Assembly (NCBI GenBank): GCA_965240325.2
Contig: OZ251236.1
Coordinates: 310,001-374,000, forward strand
DNA: 64,000 bases
Direction: 5' to 3'
From: Rebecca billardiae RCC1528
Taxonomy: Eukaryota > Protista > Haptophyta
The notes under the pieces are model-generated. The model did no database searches, was not told the origin of the DNA, and saw nothing but the letters and a program-made list of their open reading frames with translations. The translations under genes were made by a program, and so were the position numbers. Positions 58,013-64,000 of the stretch are shown here, piece after piece; within the stretch, counting starts at the first letter, position 1, and every line of letters starts with the position of its first letter.

Positions 58013-58742
58013 TTACGCCTCCGGCACGAACTCGCCCGGCACGAGCACGCAGTCAATGGCGTGGATGAGGCCGTTCGAGCACTCGACATCGACCGGGTAC
58101 ACCTGGCCCTTCGACGCGCCCGACGAGGTGATGCCGACCATCGCGGAGTCGAGGAACGTCTTGCGGAAGCGGCGGCCGTAGGTGAGCTTGCCGCCCTGCA
58201 CGGTCTCCTGGTCGCCGGTGATCGACGAGAGCGGGACCTTGCCCGGGATGACGTGGTACTTCAGGATGTCCGCGGTGACCTCGCCCTTGAAGTCGTCGAA
58301 CGCCGCATCCGTCGGTGCGAGGACGGTGAACGGGCCAGCGCCCTTGAGCGTGTCCGTCAGGCCCGCCTTCTCGACCGCGGCGACAAACTTGCCGAAGTTG
58401 TCGTAGCCCTTAATGTCCGACTCCTCGTAGCCCTTAAGGACGCCATCCGAGCCCCAGAAGATGACCGGGCCCTCGAGCGACGCCGCCGTCGTCACGATGT
58501 CATCCGCCATCACGATGCTGCTGCGGAAGGCCGAGACGCGGCGCGTCGCCGGCACGGAGCCGACGGCGAGGCCCGACGTCACCGCGAGGCTGGCGAGCAG
58601 AACGAACGAGCGGAACCTGCGGCGGGTTCGGCACCAGCGCGTGCGCGCGGGTGGAATGAGCGCGCGCGAGGGGGCGGGGCGTGCCGCGCCGCGCGGGGAG
58701 GCGCGCGCGGCGCGCGCGATTCGGCGGGCGGCGCACGCACAT
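58013..58742 (-). CDS. Plastid-targeted fasciclin (FAS1) domain protein; intron 58617-58740 splits the start codon AT|G
   Basis: Spliced N-terminus MFRSFVLLASLAVTSGL..RRVSAFRSSIVM. FAS1 motifs GPFTVLAPTDAAF, ILKYHVIPG, CSNGLIHAIDCVLVP. Confidence 0.88.
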
Positions 58743-60862
58743 CGTGACGAGTGTAATTGGCGGGGCGAGGACGTCCGAAGTCGGGGTCGGCTCTCGGCCG
58801 TTCTGCTGCGGTTGATTACGCTCGGGCGCCTGCGCGCGCGTTCGCGAATGACGCAACGCGCGGTGCGCGGCGCTCGGGCCGGTGCGGCAGGATGCGAGGC
58901 AGTGTCGCGGCAAAGTCTCGGGTCTTCGTCAAAATGATTGGCTGTCGCGCGAGGTTTTAAGCTGAAGCCCGACGAATCGACGATCTATCCTACGATCTGT
59001 AGATCCGAACCGCCATGGTCTTGATCATGAGCCGAGCGACCGATCTGGTCGCTTGGCGTGGCGAGCGGGAACAGGTTTTGCGGGCCGAGAGCAGAGGCCT
59101 GGGCAGTAATCATTGGCGCCAACCGGAAATCCGGGAGCTTCGGCGCTCCGGCCGCGAATCCGCGATGGGTCGCCCGCCGTCCAGGCGTCCGTCCACACCG
59201 AGCAAGCACCGAGGGGGTCCCGCGCACACACCCGCGTGCGCCATCCAGCCACCGTGTCTGGCATCGCCTCCCCCGCGGCGTGGCCCGCCATGGCCTTCAT
59301 GCCGGTCCGCGCGCATACTGTGCGCAGCCGTGACGATCATCGTCCGCTTCAGGCGCTCTCCGCAGGCCGGAGCAGGGGCACCGAGCGGGGTGTTTTCCTC
59401 ACCATCCGTCACGGCGCGCTCGTTCCCCGGAGGTAGCCCCTGTAGCCGTTCGCCGAACCTTACGCTGGGTGTGCACACGCAGGGCTCGCCGTTCTCCGAT
59501 CGCTGCCGTGTCGCGGTCAGATGCGTGTGCGTGCGCGACATCGACTCCTCGCGTGCGCGCGCGCGAGGAGGCGTGCAAGTCATGTGTGCCGGCGTTCAGA
59601 GGAGCCATGCGGGCAGCGTGGACTCGTCACGTAGCGAGGCAGACGAGCTGCAGCGTCACACACACATACCCCCCCCTTCCTTCCCTCCGTCAACTCCAAC
59701 GTCCGCGCGGCCAGCCAGGCGCCGGGAGGACGACTACATCCGACCACGCGGCACGGCGGCAGTTGGCACTGGCTATCAATCGCTGTGGTGCAGCTCCGCG
59801 GAAGGACGGGCTGGCACGAGCGCAAGGACGTGCTGGCGCTCGGCACACGAGGTGGCGATCAGAGGCACATCGGGTGTTGAAAACGACCGGCGCGCCGGGC
59901 AGCCCGTGCCCGCGCCGCGGGCATCGTCCACCGAACTGCGCCCGCGCGTGCGGCGTGCGCAGCTGCCGAGCGGGCGGCCGGCGGGTGCAAGCGTGCTGTG
60001 AGCGCGCTGCCCTGCCCGCTCACGGCTTCAAGAGGCGTTTGGCTGCCGCCCTCGGCCGAGCGCTGGCGCTTGGCACGCGCTGCCGCTCACACATGCACAC
60101 GGGAGCGCGTGCCGCCAGGCTGCACCCCGATCCTGGCGTCGGTCGCGCGCCGAGTGCGCAGTTTCGCTTGGCTCGGGCGTCCGGTAGATTGACGGGCGGC
60201 GCACCGCTGCGCCGCACACGCGGGCCTCGTGTACGGGCCGGATCGGTGTACATGGTGGCTGCGTGGGCAACGCACAGCTCAAGCCGGATGCTGCGATCAG
60301 CCAAGCTGGCCAGCGCACGTGAAGGGCACGCACGCTCTGCCCCACAGCCGCTCTCCCCGTGGCGCGCACCGGCGCACGGCTGCCGGAGCAGGCGCGCCAG
60401 GTGTGGCGGTGGGCTTACTGTCCCCCGGGATGCCTCGAGCGGTGGAGTGGAGCACGCTGTCTGCGCCCGTGGCGCGCGCGAGGGCATGCACGCGCGCCCT
60501 CGCGCGCCTGGCAGGCTGTAGCCTTCGCCACGGGCACCACCGGAGAACCTTGGGAGAACAACAGCTTTTGGCAGCGCTCGCCGCGCGAGCGTCAGAGCGC
60601 GCGGTGCGCTGGGAAACGACCCGTGGTGTTGGGTGTGCCGCGTGTGCGGTGACGAGGAGGCGGAGGAGCGCCGCACCTGGATAGTTGCACTCACCAGTCA
60701 CCAAGGGGTGCACGAAATGCCGTGCACGTTGGCTTCCGTGACGGCCGCGGGCGTGCGCGCGGAGCGCTCGCGGGAAGGCGGTCGGGCGCCGGGGATCCGC
60801 CCCGGCCGGTCCGGTGATGAGCACTAAAAGCCTTGGACCCTGGACTTTGAACTTGCTCCGCC

Positions 60863-61971
60863 CAAGGGTGTCCAGGGTCCGCAACAGCCAGTGCGCAGCG
60901 CGGCAGAGGCTGTGACATCGCGAGGTCGCCGCTCGCCAGTGGGACTCGCCCGCCCGCCGCCGTGCACGGCGGCGGAGCCGCTCGCGCCGTGCGCTCCTGC
61001 GGCCGTCGGATCGGGCTGCGTAGGCGGCGCGCGGCTTGGGCCGTCGCAGAGCCACCCAGCGCCCCTCTCTGCGCCGCGCGCCTTCCTCGTCCTCGCCTTC
61101 TCCGCGCCTTGGAGCAGCACGCACACGCGCGGCGCCGCACAAAGGCAGCCCAGGCGCTCGCGTGCAAGCGTGCGCGCGCGCAGCGCGACGGGCTCGACTC
61201 GGGGCTCGCGCCGCTGCGGGGGCATGCAGCACCGTCCCATGCGCGCGCGACGCCACCTCGAACCTGCGCGTTTGACCGTCAGTGCACGCTGATGCACGTT
61301 ACAAAATGGTCTGACTTGGCATCATCACACGTGCGACGGAAGCTTCCACAACGGGCCTTGAGTGCGTCGACGCGATCGATGCGGAGACGGTCATGCTTGC
61401 GTGCGCTTGTCTTGTGGTCTCCACGCTTGCTGAGAAGCACCGCGTCGTAGCTGTCATCGTGTCTTGCCTAAGAAGTTGTCCTGACGCATGGCAGGTTCTG
61501 GTCAGATTGGGCCTACTTCAACACGAGGTCGTGTGAGCATTTGGCGCGTGACGGTCACAGCGATGCGCAGGTTCGAGGTGGCGTCGCGCGCGCATGGGAC
61601 GGTGCCGCATGCCCCCGCAGCGGCGCGAGCCCCGAGTCGAGCCCGTCGCGCTGCGCGCGCGCACGCTTGCACGCGAGCGCCTGGGCTGCCTTTGTGCGGC
61701 GCCGCGCGTGTGCGTGCTGCTCCAAGGCGCGGAGAAGGCGAGGACGAGGAAGGCGCGCGGCGCAGAGAGGGGCGCTGGGTGGCTCTGCGACGGCCCAAGC
61801 CGCGCGCCGCCTACGCAGCCCGATCCGACGGCCGCAGGAGCGCACGGCGCGAGCGGCTCCGCCGCCGTGCACGGCGGCGGGCGGGCGAGTCCCACTGGCG
61901 AGCGGCGACCTCGCGATGTCACAGCCTCTGCCGCGCTGCGCACTGGCTGTTGCGGACCCTGGACACCCTTG
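60863..61971. mobile_element. Non-autonomous foldback DNA transposon (P/Galileo-like features), 1,109 bp
   Basis: 407-bp TIRs at 60863-61269 and 61565-61971 (one mismatch noticed, at 61228). CAAGGG..CCCTTG ends. 7-bp TSD CTCCGCC at 60856-60862 and 61972-61978. Confidence 0.8.
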
Positions 61972-62069
61972 CTCCGCCGCTGCGGGAGATTTGAGATTTG
62001 AGACTGCAGTGATCCTGCACCGGGCGGCCAAGCCAAGCGGCACTGTCGTGGCGGGCGGCCAAGCCCGCC

Positions 62070-64000
62070 ATGTTCACCGCGCGGCGGCCGCCTTCGACGC
62101 CCGGAGGCGCAGCCGCCCGCTGGCTCATGCCGGCGCGGGCGCATCTGGGCGCCATGCTCATCGTCGCGCTGCTGCTCGGCTGCGCCGGCGCCAACTTGCC
62201 CGGCCGCCGGCGTTTCGCGCTGTCTGCCGACGAGCTGCGCGGCTCGTGCGACGCTCGCGGCGGCGCGCGCGCGCGCTCGTACGCGCCGCGCGGCGCGACG
62301 AGCTGCGCGGCGGCGGCCGTGATGGCGGCCTCCGCGCTGATCGGCGCCGCGGCTCTCGCCGCGCGCGGCCGCGAGCGTGCCCATGAGCGCCGCGCCGCGC
62401 GCGCGGGCGCTGAGGCCGCCGTGCGATGCGCGCAGCTGCGGTGGCGCGCGCGCCGCGCGCGCCGGCTGCAGGTGCAGGCGTTGTGGCACGGCGTACGCAC
62501 GCGGCTCGGCGCGGACGGGGCGCTCCTGTCGCCGGGCCCGTCGTCGCGGCCGAGCGTCGCCGCCGTCCTCGACGCGGCGCGCGCGCGCGCCACGGCCGCG
62601 GACGAGTCAGCAGCGCGCGCGGCCGAGCGGTCGCGCGCCGACGCGGCGCGCGCCGACGCGGCCACGTCCGCCCTCGCGCGCAGCGAGGAGGAGCTGGCGC
62701 GCGCGGGCTCGGCGCGCGTCGCGGCGGAGGCGGCGCTCGGCTCGGCGCGTGACGAGCTCCGCCGCGCCTCCGCCGCGCACGCCGCGCTCGGCGCCGCGCT
62801 CGCCGATGCGGACGCGGACGTGACGCGCGCGGCCGTGGCCGCGGCGGAGCGACGCGCGGCCGCGGCTGCGCGCGGACGCGCGCTCGTGGCGGCGCGCGCG
62901 CGCGTGGGCCGCGAGCTGCGCGCGCTGCGCTCGGGGCTGGGCGCTCTGCGCGCGGACGCGCGCGCCGCGCTGCACGCCGCGCACACCGACACCGCCACCG
63001 GGCACGATAGCTTACTTGCCGGCGCCGCGGCCGTGTGCGCGCGGAACGAGGCGGCTGCGGACGCGGCGCGCGCCGCGCTCGCGCGCGAGGCCGCGGCGGC
63101 GTCGGACGAGGGCGCGTGCGCGCGCGCGCGCGTGCTCGTGCTGCAGGCCGCGCTGCGCGACGACGACACCGCGCGCACCCTCGCGCGCTGGGCGCAGCCG
63201 CCCGCGCGCACCGCCGCCGGCCCCGCGCGCCGCGCATCGCTCGATCCTGCGTGGGTTGTTGGTGCGGCCGAGCGCGCGCGGCGGGAACGGCTGAGCGCCA
63301 AGGCGGTGGCGGGCGTGGCGGGCGGCGCGGGCGCGGGCGCGGGCAAGCCGGGCGCGCGCCCGCGCGCCTCGCTGCCCAACGACTCCGCCAGCGAGTCCGA
63401 CTCAGTCCGGTCCTTCTCCTCGGTCTCGTCGGCGCCGCGCGCCGCCGGCCGGCGCCGGCTGAGCGCTCGCCTTGAAATGCTGTCGCAGCCGAAGGGTGCG
63501 ATTCCGCCGAAGGAGCACGGCGGCGGGAGCGGCGCGGCGGGCGCGGGGGCGAAGGGGACGGGTGGGAAGGCCGCCGCCGCCGCAGCAGCCGCGCGCGCCG
63601 CCGGCCTCGCGCGCCGCAGCTCGGCGAGCGCAGCGCCCGCGCCGGGCGCGCGCGGCGACGGCGGCGGCGGCGGCGGCGGCGGCAGTGGCGGCGCGCGCCG
63701 CGCGAGCGGCGGCGATGGCGGCGGTGGCATCGGCGCGGGCGCGGCGGCGGCGGCGGCCGTGTTCTGCGGCGGTGGCACCGGCGGGCCGCCGCGGAGCGCC
63801 GCCGCCTCGCCGAGCACGCCCGGCACCGCGCCGGACTTCTGCTCTGCCGCGGGCGGCAGCAGCCGCGCGGGCGACGGCGGCAGCCGCGCGGGCGACGGCG
63901 GCAGCCGCGCGGGCGACGGCGGCAGCCGCGCGGGCGACGGCAGCAGCCGCGCGTCGCTCGGCTCAGTCGGCTCCGGTGGCGCGGCGGAGGAGGCGGAGCT
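62070..64000 (+). CDS. Ala/Arg-rich putative coiled-coil protein, truncated by the window end
   Basis: Frame appears open from ATG 62070 (alternative ATGs shortly downstream). Hydrophobic MLIVALLLGCAGA, IQ-like AQLRWRARRARR. The minus-strand 635-aa track ORF is its shadow. Confidence 0.55.
   Translation, partial: MFTARRPPSTPGGAAARWLMPARAHLGAMLIVALLLGCAGANLPGRRRFALSADELRGSCDARGGARARSYAPRGATSCAAAAVMAASALIGAAALAARGRERAHERRAARAGAEAAVRCAQLRWRARRARRLQVQALWHGVRTRLGADGALLSPGPSSRPSVAAVLDAARARATAADESAARAAERSRADAARADAATSALARSEEELARAGSARVAAEAALGSARDELRRASAAHAALGAALADADADVTRAAVAAAERRAAAAARGRALVAARARVGRELRALRSGLGALRADARAALHAAHTDTATGHDSLLAGAAAVCARNEAAADAARAALAREAAAASDEGACARARVLVLQAALRDDDTARTLARWAQPPARTAAGPARRASLDPAWVVGAAERARRERLSAKAVAGVAGGAGAGAGKPGARPRASLPNDSASESDSVRSFSSVSSAPRAAGRRRLSARLEMLSQPKGAIPPKEHGGGSGAAGAGAKGTGGKAAAAAAAARAAGLARRSSASAAPAPGARGDGGGGGGGGSGGARRASGGDGGGGIGAGAAAAAAVFCGGGTGGPPRSAAASPSTPGTAPDFCSAAGGSSRAGDGGSRAGDGGSRAGDGGSRAGDGSSRASLGSVGSGGAAEEAE
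63860..63952 (+). repeat. 21-bp tandem repeat, about 4 copies (GCAGCCGCGCGGGCGACGGCG)
   Basis: Directly visible. Confidence 0.85.

Noticed and set aside
59015-60830. ORFs of 328 and 350 aa, and a PH-like EERRTWIVAL fragment
   Set aside because: No coherent domain or host-like codon pattern; probably decayed sequence.
58911-60849. Possible TIR pair CAAAGTCTCGGGTC and GACCCTGGACTTTG defining a 1.9-kb element
   Set aside because: Only 12 of 14 bases match, and the flanks (GTCGCGG versus AACTTGC) give no TSD.
1-64000. tRNA or rRNA genes; bacterial origin of the contig
   Set aside because: No cloverleaf or rRNA signature recognised by eye (tRNAscan-SE and Infernal would be decisive). Frame-restoring introns, a SECIS and a LINE show eukaryotic nuclear DNA.

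Overview
GC-rich eukaryotic nuclear DNA with short spliceosomal introns (donor almost always GTGCG, acceptor CAG) and bipartite plastid-targeting presequences. This points to an alga with a secondary plastid; a haptophyte such as a pavlovophyte is my inference, not proven. Most ORFs in the track are GC-driven shadows. I support about 14 complete protein-coding genes plus one running off the right edge: a secreted, membrane-anchored RTX-repeat protein; a plastid SET methyltransferase; a Cys-repeat membrane protein; a C2 plus cadherin-like protein; a FAM135-like lipase; a 3,226-aa protein with 12 RPGRIP1-type C2 domains fused to an NPHP1-like domain; a hybrid histidine kinase; an alpha/beta hydrolase; a small selenoprotein; a nucleoside-phosphorylase-fold protein; a strictosidine-synthase-like protein; a GT-A glycosyltransferase; a divergent FolD; SFT2; and a fasciclin protein. 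Mobile DNA includes an intact 7.8-kb APE-RT-RNase H non-LTR retrotransposon with a 12-bp TSD, a 1.1-kb foldback element with 407-bp TIRs and a 7-bp TSD, and a 38-bp P-type footprint. The top findings are (1) a Cys-free GSSU selenoprotein that the ORF track truncates, with a canonical type II SECIS; (2) the 12xC2-NPHP1 ciliary transition-zone fusion; (3) the eukaryotic RTX surface protein; and (4) the P-superfamily-like elements. Family assignments come from recalled motifs, not database searches.
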